This document shows, piece by piece, positions 21,279-30,484 of a DNA stretch of 60,096 nucleotides; the first letter of the stretch is position 1, and every line of letters begins with the position of its first letter. The position numbers and the translations under genes were made by a program. This DNA comes from Verrucomicrobiota bacterium (GTDB lineage: Bacteria > Verrucomicrobiota > Verrucomicrobiia > Verrucomicrobiales > DEV007). Location of the stretch: assembly GCA_045046875.1 (NCBI GenBank), contig JASFYY010000006.1, positions 1 through 60,096 on the forward strand. Reading direction: 5' to 3'. Under the pieces are notes generated by a model. The model worked only from the letters and a program-made list of their open reading frames with translations, did no database searches and was not told the origin of the DNA.

Positions 21279-22112
21279 ATGCATCTGGAAGAAACCTCAA
21301 ATCGAAACTCTGGATTTTGGGACGAACTGTGTGGCTCGCAAGCAGCCAAAGCTTTAGGTGTAACAGATTCTTCTCAAAATTCTCTCAAGAAATTCGATGA
21401 CTGGTATTTTGACTACTACCCTTATCTTTATACCTACATCCCCTTTGCTGAGCTAAAAGGCAAAGATATTCTCGAAGTTGGACTGGGATACGGAACAGTT
21501 TCTCAACGCATTGCAGAGGCCGGAGCAAATTTACAAGGGCTTGATATTGCTGCGGAGCCAGTCAGTATGGTCAATCATCGATTGGAGCAAATACGACAAC
21601 CGGGTAAAGCTATACAAGGCAGTATTTTGGAACCACCTTTCGAAGCGACCTCTTTCGATGTCATCATCGCAATTGGATGCCTTCATCATACCGGCGACTT
21701 GAAGAGAGCTATTGATCAATGTTGGCATCTACTAAAACCAGGTGGAAGTCTGATTTTCATGGTTTATTACGCATACTCCTACCGCAGATGGAAGATGGCT
21801 CCAGAATTGACCCATGACTATTTGGCAAAAGAGAACACTGGTTATCATGGAGTTGTGGGCGAAAGCTCCTCCCTTGATCGCGCTGCCTATGACTCCGACT
21901 CGAAAGGCGACAGCGCACCTCACACAGATTGGATATCAAAACGATCATTGAGACAGTATTGCGATAAATTTTCATCTTTCACTGCGAACTTAGAAAATAT
22001 TGATCAAGGCTCGCCTTTCGAAGACTACCCCCGAAAAAAACTTCTCAATACTTACTGGCCATCTTTCATTGGTTTGGACCTCTATGCTACTGCAAGAAAA
22101 GCAAATGAATAA
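21279..22112 (+). CDS. Class I SAM-dependent methyltransferase
   Basis: ILEVGLGYG, IGCLHH, LLKPGG. Confidence 0.85.
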   Translation: MHLEETSNRNSGFWDELCGSQAAKALGVTDSSQNSLKKFDDWYFDYYPYLYTYIPFAELKGKDILEVGLGYGTVSQRIAEAGANLQGLDIAAEPVSMVNHRLEQIRQPGKAIQGSILEPPFEATSFDVIIAIGCLHHTGDLKRAIDQCWHLLKPGGSLIFMVYYAYSYRRWKMAPELTHDYLAKENTGYHGVVGESSSLDRAAYDSDSKGDSAPHTDWISKRSLRQYCDKFSSFTANLENIDQGSPFEDYPRKKLLNTYWPSFIGLDLYATARKANE

Positions 22113-22130
22113 CCTATCGTCAGCTCAGTG

Positions 22131-23969
22131 TTATCCTTGAAGACACTTACCAAGCTTTGCATGAAGTTTGGTGGTCTTTTCCTTACGCCTTAACAACATT
22201 CCATGGAAATTTCCCTTTTTTGATTTCAGGTGAGCCACTTCATCTGCTCGAACCTTACCCAAATGATTAGCTCTGATCCTTTCAGTGAACTCCAATGCCG
22301 ATTCGCAAAGCTTCCTTTGAGTTATTGGAGGAGCCACCTTGCATGACCTTTTTTTACCTCTTGTTTTTTCCACCCATGCTTTAGTTTCCCTCTTATCAAG
22401 AATGAGATCAATACCTCTAACGAAATTTTGGTAGCTATAAAGCCCTTCAGTCACAACATCCTTGTAAGCCCTCTCGGTCATCTCCTCTAATCTAGGCAAA
22501 TCCTCCAGTGCCACCAATATCTCATCTAAATTAGATGCATCTTTTTTTAATGATAGGTAGTGCACACTCGGTTGAAGAATCCCGCTATAACTTCCTTCAT
22601 AAAGGATGAGCGCTGTTCGAGATGCAATGAACTCAAAAATCTTAGGCGAAATCTGATTCATTTCTACATTCAGATTACCTTCTTCAAAAAAGCTCTCCCT
22701 CACCTCGTCGTATGAAAGGTCAGGATTCTCCCCCAAGACTTTATTCACCTGCTCCCGAATAGTCCCATCCACATCGAAAACATTAGAACCACTTTCAGAT
22801 CCCAGAGTAGCTCGTCCAGATTGAAGAAATTCAATCCATTCACCACCGTAAATCCTTTTATCCTCAGCCCATTCAATATCATGGGATATAGAACGCTTTT
22901 CACAGACCTCCTTCACCCGCTTCCCTATTTGCAGCTTTTCCTGCCCTAGATCACCATAATAGTAGGGCAATGATCTACCTCTATAGACGATTCGACAAGT
23001 TCGTTCCGCAAGGGGGCGCATAAACCTCATTCCATCCAACATAGGGGGTAGGTAACCTGTCAAGCAAGAGTTGAATTTTACGCCAGGAAGTTGTTCTTTC
23101 GGATACACTCGCTCAACAAATTTCTCAGGCACGCATGTAAACACCTCGTTGATCCCCAGTGCCACTATCCTTTCTCTAGCAGATTCAGTACAGTCATATT
23201 CATCTTGAATAAACAGAATTTTATAGCCTGTAAATTTTTGAATCGATTCCATCACACCTCTATCTACAGAGGTTTTCCATAATGCTATTCGCACACTATA
23301 GTGAATCATCAACACATCATAATTAGAATAATCCAAGCCGCTTCCCGGTTCGCCAACTTGGTTAACATCTTGAATATTTCTTGAAGAAACGAATGAAAAG
23401 CGATGCTTGGAAAAAAGATCAAACGCCTCACAATAATCCAATGTCGTATTTACATATAAAGAAGCCGGATTAATCAACATCAATACCTTAAGCGGACACG
23501 ATTCACTTCTTTTACGAGATGTAGGAAATTGCTCTCCTATATGCGCCAGCACACCTTCACTGACAAACTCATATTCTTTTATCCCTGCAATATTATCTGT
23601 ACAATCTTCAGAGCGACACCAGCCCTTTATGGCGAACTTGCCTGGAGAGAAAACAGTAGAAAAATAGTCCATCCATACAGAGTCGGCTAGGCAAAAAAGA
23701 GGTGCGGTGATACCAAAATCAGCCAAAACAGCCTTCAGCTCCTCTACAGCTTCTTGCTCATCACCTGAAACAATAAATACCCTCCCCTCTGAATGCGTTA
23801 TGCCCCCTTTTTCCTGCCCTTTCTCCGAATTTATCGATCTCACTCCCACATAAATCGTACTCCTACCCAAAACTTCATCATCAACAGTCGCTCCAACCTT
23901 CCTATTTTCGGAGGGTTCACACTCACCCTCTAGCACCACTACGCTGTTCCACGATATCCCTTCTGCCAT
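22131..23969 (-). CDS. Putative GT-B (CgeB-like) glycosyltransferase with N-terminal extension
   Basis: QDEYD, IVYRGR, FLQSGRATLGSESGSNVFD, QISPKIFEFIAS; paralog of 19752-21140. Confidence 0.6.
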   Translation of the reverse strand: MAEGISWNSVVVLEGECEPSENRKVGATVDDEVLGRSTIYVGVRSINSEKGQEKGGITHSEGRVFIVSGDEQEAVEELKAVLADFGITAPLFCLADSVWMDYFSTVFSPGKFAIKGWCRSEDCTDNIAGIKEYEFVSEGVLAHIGEQFPTSRKRSESCPLKVLMLINPASLYVNTTLDYCEAFDLFSKHRFSFVSSRNIQDVNQVGEPGSGLDYSNYDVLMIHYSVRIALWKTSVDRGVMESIQKFTGYKILFIQDEYDCTESARERIVALGINEVFTCVPEKFVERVYPKEQLPGVKFNSCLTGYLPPMLDGMRFMRPLAERTCRIVYRGRSLPYYYGDLGQEKLQIGKRVKEVCEKRSISHDIEWAEDKRIYGGEWIEFLQSGRATLGSESGSNVFDVDGTIREQVNKVLGENPDLSYDEVRESFFEEGNLNVEMNQISPKIFEFIASRTALILYEGSYSGILQPSVHYLSLKKDASNLDEILVALEDLPRLEEMTERAYKDVVTEGLYSYQNFVRGIDLILDKRETKAWVEKTRGKKRSCKVAPPITQRKLCESALEFTERIRANHLGKVRADEVAHLKSKKGNFHGMLLRRKEKTTKLHAKLGKCLQG

Positions 23970-24064
23970 TTCAATTTTTCCTAATATCTGAATCTGCCAT
24001 CTTCAACTTGCCCAACAGCTTCATATGACGGTCTTCGAAACACGACAATTTTGCTTTTAGCAGC

Positions 24065-25495
24065 TTATAATTTACCCCTTATTTTTAAAGCTGCTTTTTT
24101 AATAAACCCGAGTCCTTCCGTCTTTTCCCTTCGCGTTACCTCAAGCCGTTTCAATTCTTCCTTTTTCTTTACCAACTCCAGAATCATTTGATCTTGATCC
24201 GAGATCTCCCTCCGCATGCAGTCAAGCTCACTCTCAAATCTCACTTTCTCCTCATCGAGTAATCCAAGCTCTTCAATAGGGTCAATTTGCCCTTCAATTT
24301 CGAGGCCTTCATCAGCATATTTCGTCAACAATTCCTCATATGTCCATGCCTGATGCGAAAGGCTAGTTCCTGCACAGTGAAGTTGCCAACTAGGCAACCC
24401 CGGCATCAAGCTTGAAATGAATGCATCCAGATTCGCAACTCTCTCTCCCTGCCGACCAACCGTATCCTCAAAAACTAGAAACTGTATTCCCCAATCAGCC
24501 ACAATCTTCTCCGATGCAACATCAGACCCGCTTTTGATCACTACTCCTTTCAACCCACGAAATCCATTCACTGCATCAATAACTCTCTTCTCCGGAGCTT
24601 CGGAAGCCTTTGAATCGCTGGATTGGTCGATTAAAAGAACATCAAACCCGCTGTAGTCGGGAATGCTCTCACCGACCTTCATTTCTTCATTAGATCGCTT
24701 TAGAGCAAAATACACATGATGCCGCGAGCAACGATAATAGATGCTTACTGCTCCATCAGAGGCCAATTCCTGCCCTCTTCCCAGATCATCAATCAAAATG
24801 AGAATGTCAAGCCGATGAGGATATCTGCTTTGCTTGCTAATTGCTTCTTCACTCCGAGCAAGCATCGATGCATGCTCGGATTTTGTGAAGCTTTCAATCC
24901 TGTGTGATACCCCTTGATAGACAAACGCCTGTCTCATCCATTCAAAATCTCCATCTTCTTCAAACAGAACACTATCGACCGACCTCTCGAACAATAGAAT
25001 ACGTTTCCTTTTTTCTCGCTCAAAAGCCTCACGCCCCTCTGCTTCCTCTCTCTTCTCTGTCTCATTTCGAAACCTCTCCGTTACAGCAAACATACGATAA
25101 ACCCCAAACGCCCGCTCCCAAAAAGGGATAAACAAGGGGTTCAGCAAAATCAGAATTGGAGCTTTAATCGCCAAAGACCTCATAGCAGACATCACAGCAG
25201 CATTCTGAGCTTGACCCGGGTCAGGAGGAACCGATTCTACTTTACTAACCTTCCCTTCGAACGTAGCAGCCCCTCCTTCAGAAGTTTCTTCAGGCTGAAT
25301 GATGAGCACAGGCAACGATTCTGATAGCTCTTCAAGAAGGTCTATCAGCTGAACCCCGCATCCCCCACTCGCTCCGCCATACGCAAGCACCACCACTCCG
25401 TCTGCTTGCGAAAACAACCGAGCCGATGCTGTCTCACTCTCTATATCGGAAGCCAATGTCATCTGCCGATGATACTGCCTCGAATCCACCGACAA
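24065..25495 (-). CDS. Hypothetical protein, partial degenerate paralog of neighbouring GT-like proteins, with C-terminal coiled coil
   Basis: LDILILID...SRHHVYF...DYSGFDVLLI...FRGLKGVVI aligns with LKILILL...SRHSVSY...DYDKFDVLLI...FSGYKVLIL. Confidence 0.55.
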   Translation of the reverse strand: MSVDSRQYHRQMTLASDIESETASARLFSQADGVVVLAYGGASGGCGVQLIDLLEELSESLPVLIIQPEETSEGGAATFEGKVSKVESVPPDPGQAQNAAVMSAMRSLAIKAPILILLNPLFIPFWERAFGVYRMFAVTERFRNETEKREEAEGREAFEREKRKRILLFERSVDSVLFEEDGDFEWMRQAFVYQGVSHRIESFTKSEHASMLARSEEAISKQSRYPHRLDILILIDDLGRGQELASDGAVSIYYRCSRHHVYFALKRSNEEMKVGESIPDYSGFDVLLIDQSSDSKASEAPEKRVIDAVNGFRGLKGVVIKSGSDVASEKIVADWGIQFLVFEDTVGRQGERVANLDAFISSLMPGLPSWQLHCAGTSLSHQAWTYEELLTKYADEGLEIEGQIDPIEELGLLDEEKVRFESELDCMRREISDQDQMILELVKKKEELKRLEVTRREKTEGLGFIKKAALKIRGKL

Positions 25496-25525
25496 ATCAA
25501 TTCATTACCCTCACTAAAATAGGGA

Positions 25526-25639
25526 TTTTGTCCACGAAGCTCACCAAGGGCACTAAGTTTCTTCAGAAAAGCCTTCTCTTCCTTCGTGACCTTCGTGTTC
25601 TCTTGACCGCCGTAGCTTTGGCGCAGGAGGTTAGTGGAT
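25526..25639. repeat. GxxExxY-associated inverted-repeat element with nested 30-bp hairpin (25601-25630)
   Basis: gtccacgaagctcaccaagggcactaag ... ccttcgtgaccttcgtgttc[30 bp]ttagtggat. Confidence 0.85.
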
Positions 25640-26832
25640 CACTCTCCCACAAACGCCCCAATCGCCGCCACCACCTCATCCCGCCCTTCAGCGCTCAGCT
25701 CTGGAAACACCGGAATGCTCAACACCTCACCCGAAAGCTGATGCGACACCTCACAGCCAGATAGTGAACTAGCTGGCAGATCTTGAAAACAAGGCTGCTG
25801 ATCCATCGTCAACGGATAATAGATCTCACTACCAATGCCGCGTTCCGTCAAATGCGCTCGCAAAGCGTCACGCTGGCCTTCCCCAATCACCCGCAAAGTA
25901 AACTGATTCCAAATATGAGTATTGCCTGGAATGATGATAGGCAATACGATTTTGGCATTTTGACCCGCCATCCACTCATTCTGAGCTGATGCATCACCGC
26001 TATGTCCCAAGTCGGCAGTCACAATTCCAGAGAACTCAGCGAGTTTTTCTGAATAATACGCCGCATTGGCCTGACGGGCAGCGGTGTATTGTTCGTAACG
26101 TTTCAATTTCACCAACAGCAAGGCTGCTTGCAGCGTATCGAGGCGGAAGTTGCCACCCACCACGTGATGATAATATTTCGGCTTGCCTCCATGCATACGC
26201 ATGATTCGGGCTTTTTCTTCTAAAGCAGAATCATTGCAAACCAACATGCCTCCATCTCCAAAGCCCCCGAGGTTTTTACTGGGGAAAAAGCTAAACGTTC
26301 CAAAATCACTCAACCCACCTGAACTCTTGCCATTGTATGCCGCCCCGATCGCTTGAGCCCCATCCTCGATCACCCGTAGATCATGCTCCTTGGCAAAAAC
26401 ATTCACCGCATCCATGTCTGCACTCTGACCGAACAAATGCACCGGCACAATCGCCTTGGTTTTATCCGTGACCTTACGCCTCGCATCCTCGATATCGACA
26501 TTGAAGCTGACCGGGCAAGAATCAACAAACACCGGAGTCGCTCCCGTTCTGGCAATCGTGCCTGCGGTAGCAAAAAAAGTGAAGGTCGGGCAGAGAACTT
26601 CATCCCCAGGACCGAGATCGAGTGCCATGAAGGCCAGCAGCAACGCATCGGTGCCGGAAGAAACTCCGATAGCATACGGTAAGTCTAAAAATGCCGCCAC
26701 TTCATCCTCCAGCTGCTTGACCTCCGGGCCGTTGATGAAACGTCCGTGATTCAAAACGGTGGTGAAAGCTGCGGTGAGCTCCTCCTCAAGAGGCAGATTC
26801 TGGGCGTTGACGTCGAGTAATGGAACGGACAT
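25639..26832 (-). CDS. wbpE: DegT/DnrJ PLP aminotransferase, WbpE/WlbC type
   Basis: SSGTDAL, TFTFFATA, VHLFGQ, IEDGAQAIG, SFFPSKNLGGFGDGG, GGNFRLD; real start MSVPLLD at 26832. Confidence 0.88.
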   Translation of the reverse strand: MSVPLLDVNAQNLPLEEELTAAFTTVLNHGRFINGPEVKQLEDEVAAFLDLPYAIGVSSGTDALLLAFMALDLGPGDEVLCPTFTFFATAGTIARTGATPVFVDSCPVSFNVDIEDARRKVTDKTKAIVPVHLFGQSADMDAVNVFAKEHDLRVIEDGAQAIGAAYNGKSSGGLSDFGTFSFFPSKNLGGFGDGGMLVCNDSALEEKARIMRMHGGKPKYYHHVVGGNFRLDTLQAALLLVKLKRYEQYTAARQANAAYYSEKLAEFSGIVTADLGHSGDASAQNEWMAGQNAKIVLPIIIPGNTHIWNQFTLRVIGEGQRDALRAHLTERGIGSEIYYPLTMDQQPCFQDLPASSLSGCEVSHQLSGEVLSIPVFPELSAEGRDEVVAAIGAFVGE

Positions 26833-26886
26833 GGATAAAGAAGGCTGTAGCGGTTTAGACTGTAGGTTTTTAGGAATCAGAAATCC

Positions 26887-27271
26887 GTCCACTAAGGAGC
26901 ACGAAGTTTTAATACAGAGAACTGAACTTTTAACGGATAAACCCCTATTGTCCACTAATGAACATGAAGTTTTAATACAGAGCATTTTTGTCCACTAAGG
27001 GCACTAAGGAACACGAAGGTTTAATACAGATTTTTTGTCCACTAAGGGCACTAAGGAACACGAAGGGTTAATACAGATTTTTTGTCCACTAAGGGCACCA
27101 AGGGGCACGAAGGGTTAATACAGATTTTTTGTCCACGAAGGACACTAAGGAACACGAAGGGTTAATACAGATTTTTTGTCCACTAAGGGCACTAAGGAAC
27201 ACGAAGGGTTAATACAGATTTTTTGTCCACGAAGGGCACTAAGGAACACGAAGGTTAATATAGATTTTTTT
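26887..27271 (+). repeat. Tandem array: six 47-bp units plus two degenerate units
   Basis: gtccac starts at 26990, 27037, 27084, 27131, 27178, 27225 (period 47); consensus gtccactaagggcactaaggaacacgaagggttaatacagatttttt; degenerate copies at 26887 and 26950. Confidence 0.97.
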
Positions 27272-27340
27272 TAATAAATCCCCTCATTCCTCCCATTTTT
27301 TCCATTTCCCCTTTCCCCCTTCAAAGCTCCTCCTCGTTCT

Positions 27341-27403
27341 CTTCCTTAGTGCCCTTCGTGTCCTTAGTGGATACCTATTCCCCATTCTCTTCCTTAGTGG
27401 ACA
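27341..27403 (-). repeat. Inverted arms of the same repeat, overlapping the 3' end of the GxxExxY gene
   Basis: cttccttagtgcccttcgtgtccttagtggat and ttccttagtggacaaa. Confidence 0.9.
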
Positions 27404-27774
27404 AAGCGTTCCCATTCGAGCTTTCCGCTGCTCCCAAAATTAATCAAAATACCCAACTTCATCTGGCTAACTTTCAGGTAATTCAGAATCTGCGATCGCT
27501 CTTTCCCGGTGAGCTGATCCAAAGCCTTCAATTCAACGATGATTGTCCCAAAACAAATCACATCTGGCACATACTCCTTTTTCAGCAGTTCCCCCTTATA
27601 ATGAATTCGAAGTGACGGCTGCGAATCAAAATCTATGGATCGTTGCTTCAATTCTATTTCTATAGCTTCCTGATAAACCGCCTCAAGAAAACCACAGCCC
27701 AATTCGCGGTGAACCTCAATCGCTGCTCCCACAATGGCAAAACACTCATCCTTTAATAACAACTCTTTTTCCAT
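27394..27774 (-). CDS. GxxExxY protein (PD-(D/E)XK nuclease-like)
   Basis: 126 aa; LGCGFLEAVYQEA (GxxExxY), YVPDVI...IIVELKA (PD..ExK), QILNYLK, GILINFG. Confidence 0.93.
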   Translation of the reverse strand: MEKELLLKDECFAIVGAAIEVHRELGCGFLEAVYQEAIEIELKQRSIDFDSQPSLRIHYKGELLKKEYVPDVICFGTIIVELKALDQLTGKERSQILNYLKVSQMKLGILINFGSSGKLEWERFVH

Positions 27775-27825
27775 CCCCGCTTTTTAGCACCCCCGCCCAC
27801 AAAGAGCACGAACAAACTCATTTTT

Positions 27826-28022
27826 ATCCACTAAGGACACGAAGATTTAATACAGATTTTTTGTCCACTAAGGACACGAAGGAACACGAAGGTTTGATAC
27901 AGATTTTTTTTAATTGGATCCCCTCATTCCTCTTCCTCAGTCCCTCTTGACCGTAGAAGCCTTGGCGCAGGAGGTTCGTGCCCTCTTGACCGCCGTAGCT
28001 TTGGCGAAGGAGATTAACGGAC
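27826..28022. repeat. GxxExxY-associated element with two nested 30-bp hairpins (27945-27974, 27984-28013)
   Basis: atccactaaggacacgaag...gtccactaaggacacgaaggaacacgaag...; reverse arm interrupted twice. Confidence 0.88.
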
Positions 28023-28028
28023 CACCTC

Positions 28029-28067
28029 TTGACAAATGCCTACAGTATCCGTAGGCTGTGTAGGCAT
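28029..28067 (+). promoter_or_regulatory. Sigma70-type promoter and palindromic operator of the TA operon
   Basis: TTGACA (28029-28034), 17 nt, TAGGCT (28052-28057); perfect 9-bp inverted repeat atgcctaca/tgtaggcat (28036-28044/28059-28067) overlapping the ATG. Confidence 0.7.
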
Positions 28068-28317
28068 GAATAAGACGCAGTACACGATTCGACAGATTCC
28101 TGATAATCTGGACATAGCTTTACGCAGTAAAGCGCGGCTTCTAGGTAAGAGTTTGAACAAAGTGTTACTGGAGTCTCTTGCGCAAGGGCTAGGCGTTCAT
28201 GAGGAATCCGCCAAGTATCATGATTTGGACTATTTGGCGGGTTCTTGGAAGGATGATCCGGCTTTTGAGGAAGCACTTAAGGATTTTGAGAAAATTGATG
28301 AAGATTGCTGGAAATGA
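28066..28317 (+). CDS. vapB: Ribbon-helix-helix antitoxin (FitA/VapB-like)
   Basis: QYTIRQIPDNLDIALRSKARLLGKSLNKVLL RHH pattern, acidic C-terminus, ATGA overlap with PIN gene. Confidence 0.82.
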   Translation: MNKTQYTIRQIPDNLDIALRSKARLLGKSLNKVLLESLAQGLGVHEESAKYHDLDYLAGSWKDDPAFEEALKDFEKIDEDCWK

Positions 28318-28700
28318 GATTGCTCATTGATACGAATGCTTACACCGCGTATTGCAAAAATAATCAGATATCACTTGATGCCATCCAGCGTGCAGATGAA
28401 ATCATATTACCGCTAATAGTGCTGGCTGAATTGAGGGCAGGATTTTTTTCAGGGGCACAAGGGGTTGAAAATGAAGCGGTACTAGAGCGTTTTATGAATT
28501 CACCGAGGGTTCGTGTAGGCAGCCCTGATGAAAGCACGACTTATATATATGCTCGCTTGCATTCATATTTAAAAAAACAAGGAACACCGATTCCAACAAA
28601 CGATTTGTGGATTGCTGCGACCACAGTGCATTGTAACGGCATATTGCTGACGTTTGACAAACATTTTGAAAAATTGCCTCAAGTGCCCAGATGGCAATAA
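28314..28700 (+). CDS. vapC: PIN-domain toxin VapC
   Basis: LLIDTNA, VLAEL, GTPIPTNDLWIAA, LLTFDKHF. Confidence 0.92.
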   Translation: MRLLIDTNAYTAYCKNNQISLDAIQRADEIILPLIVLAELRAGFFSGAQGVENEAVLERFMNSPRVRVGSPDESTTYIYARLHSYLKKQGTPIPTNDLWIAATTVHCNGILLTFDKHFEKLPQVPRWQ

Positions 28701-28896
28701 TACAGATTTTTGTCCACTAAGGGCACTAAGGGGCACGAAGTTTAATACAGAGTTTTTTTAATCGGGTCCCTCATTTCTCTTCCTTAGTGCCCTTAGTGTC
28801 CTTAGTGGATCACCTCTTTTCATCTTTCCCGTCCCCCTTCGTGTTTCTTAGTGCCCCTCTTGACCGCCGTAGCTTTGGCGAAGGAGGTTAGTGGAC
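28698..28896. repeat. GxxExxY-associated element with nested 30-bp hairpin (28858-28887)
   Basis: taatacagatttttgtccactaagggcactaaggggcacgaag ... ccttagtgcccttagtgtccttagtggat ... [30 bp]ttagtggac. Confidence 0.9.
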
Positions 28897-28933
28897 AACT
28901 CATCTTTCTTCTCCGAAGTTTCCCCATCTTCTC

Positions 28934-30175
28934 ATGCGGATCCTATTCACCAACAATACCCTCGATAAACCTGCTGGCACCGAGCTGTCTGTTTTTGACT
29001 ACGCCCGCTTACTGAAAGGTCGTGGTCACGAAGTGGCTGCTTTTTCCCGTCAGCAAGGTGAGGTCGCAGACCGATTAAGGGATAAAGGGGTGGTCGTGAT
29101 CGATTCTCTGGAAAAAACACCGTGGAAACCCGATGTCATCCACGGACACCATGAATGGGAAACGAGCCTGGCTGCTTTGCATTTCCCGCAAGTGCCCGTG
29201 ATTTCGTTTCACCGCGGCACCATCCCCTGGCAAGAGGCCCCTTGCCTGGCTCCGAACGTGATTCGCTGGGTAGCGGTAGATGTGGAGTGCCAAAATTCGT
29301 TACTATCCATCTACGCTTGCGAAAAAGATCGAGTGCAAGTCATTCTCAATGGCGTGGATCTTGACCACTTTTCCCAGCGAACTGATTTGCTCGGAAAACT
29401 AGAACGTGTCCTGGTTTTCAGCAACTACGCCAAGGAAGACAACTTCCTCGCTGACATTCGTAAAGCCTGCGAACTAGAGGGAGTGATTTGTCGCGCCGTA
29501 GGTGCAGGTGTAGGCGAAGTGCTCGCCGACCCAAGACCTGCGCTGCAAGAAAGCGATCTGGTTTTCGCCAAAGGCAAAGCTGCACTGGAGGCGGTGGTAA
29601 GCGGTTGCGGGCTGGTAGTATGCGATGCCGAGGGTCTGGGGCCGTTAATCAGCCCAGAAAACTTTACCCGGATGAGAAATCTCAGCTTTGCCTACGATGC
29701 AATGACGGATGAAATCACCGTGGAAAATGTACAAGCTCGACTGCAAGCATGGAATGCTAAAAGCAGCACAGCTACCAGTAAGATAGCAAGAGATTCTGCC
29801 TCTCTCGGTCATGCAGTGGATCAACTTGAATCGCTCTACAAAGAAATATGTCAAGAATGGGTAAAGTCCCCACACCCAGATATAGAAGCAACAACTAGCT
29901 GGGCAACTGCTTTTTTTTCCCACTACAGCCACACCTACAAACTTGGTCGTGAATTGCAACAAATCTGGCGCACTGCCCATCACACTCACTCCCCCGAATT
30001 ACCAATTGATGAAACCATAGAAATGCACCGCATCATGTACGCCTTCCGCGAACAAGAGAAGCGAGTGACTCAATTAGAAGATAAACTGCACAAGTGCGAC
30101 ACGAAAATTTCAACCCTTAAAGAAAAGCTGGAAAAACAAAAAGGCCACTCCACCAAGTGGTGGCAAAAATTCTAA
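28934..30175 (+). CDS. Glycosyltransferase family 4 with C-terminal coiled coil
   Basis: MRILFTN...AGTE, RGHEV, PDVIHGHH, ILNGVDL, KAALEAVVSG. Confidence 0.8.
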   Translation: MRILFTNNTLDKPAGTELSVFDYARLLKGRGHEVAAFSRQQGEVADRLRDKGVVVIDSLEKTPWKPDVIHGHHEWETSLAALHFPQVPVISFHRGTIPWQEAPCLAPNVIRWVAVDVECQNSLLSIYACEKDRVQVILNGVDLDHFSQRTDLLGKLERVLVFSNYAKEDNFLADIRKACELEGVICRAVGAGVGEVLADPRPALQESDLVFAKGKAALEAVVSGCGLVVCDAEGLGPLISPENFTRMRNLSFAYDAMTDEITVENVQARLQAWNAKSSTATSKIARDSASLGHAVDQLESLYKEICQEWVKSPHPDIEATTSWATAFFSHYSHTYKLGRELQQIWRTAHHTHSPELPIDETIEMHRIMYAFREQEKRVTQLEDKLHKCDTKISTLKEKLEKQKGHSTKWWQKF

Positions 30176-30185
30176 AAACATTCCT

Positions 30186-30478
30186 GTCCACGAAGGGCAC
30201 GAAGGAACACTAAGTTTTTAAAAAAATAAAGACCTTCCCATTTTTTGCCTTCAGGTAGTTCCTCTGACTATTCCTCGTGGCGCGGATTGGCAATTTGCCT
30301 TCGGGTAGTTTCCTCCAGCTCTCTCCTTTCAGTCGAGTGCGGATCCCCCGAACCACCCCACCCCCACGCAATGCCATTACGTTCCACATCTCCCCCACTT
30401 CGTCCTAATCTTCTCCTCCTTCGTGTTCCTTAGTGTCCCTCTTGACCGCCGTAGCCTTGGCGTAGGAGGTTAGTGGAC
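30186..30478. repeat. GxxExxY-associated element enclosing a GTGG REP doublet (30277-30387) and a 30-bp hairpin (30440-30469)
   Basis: gtccacgaagggcacgaaggaacactaag ... gtggcgcggattggcaat ... acgcaatgccattacgttccac ... cttcgtgttccttagtgtccc[30 bp]ttagtggac. Confidence 0.88.
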
Positions 30479-30484
30479 AATTTC

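Noticed and set aside
26833..26985. 51-aa N-terminal extension of the aminotransferase
   Set aside because: Translation of the repeats (LCIKTSCSLVD twice); the conserved domain starts at 26832
26887..27271. CRISPR array
   Set aside because: Units are contiguous with no unique spacers; no cas genes in the window
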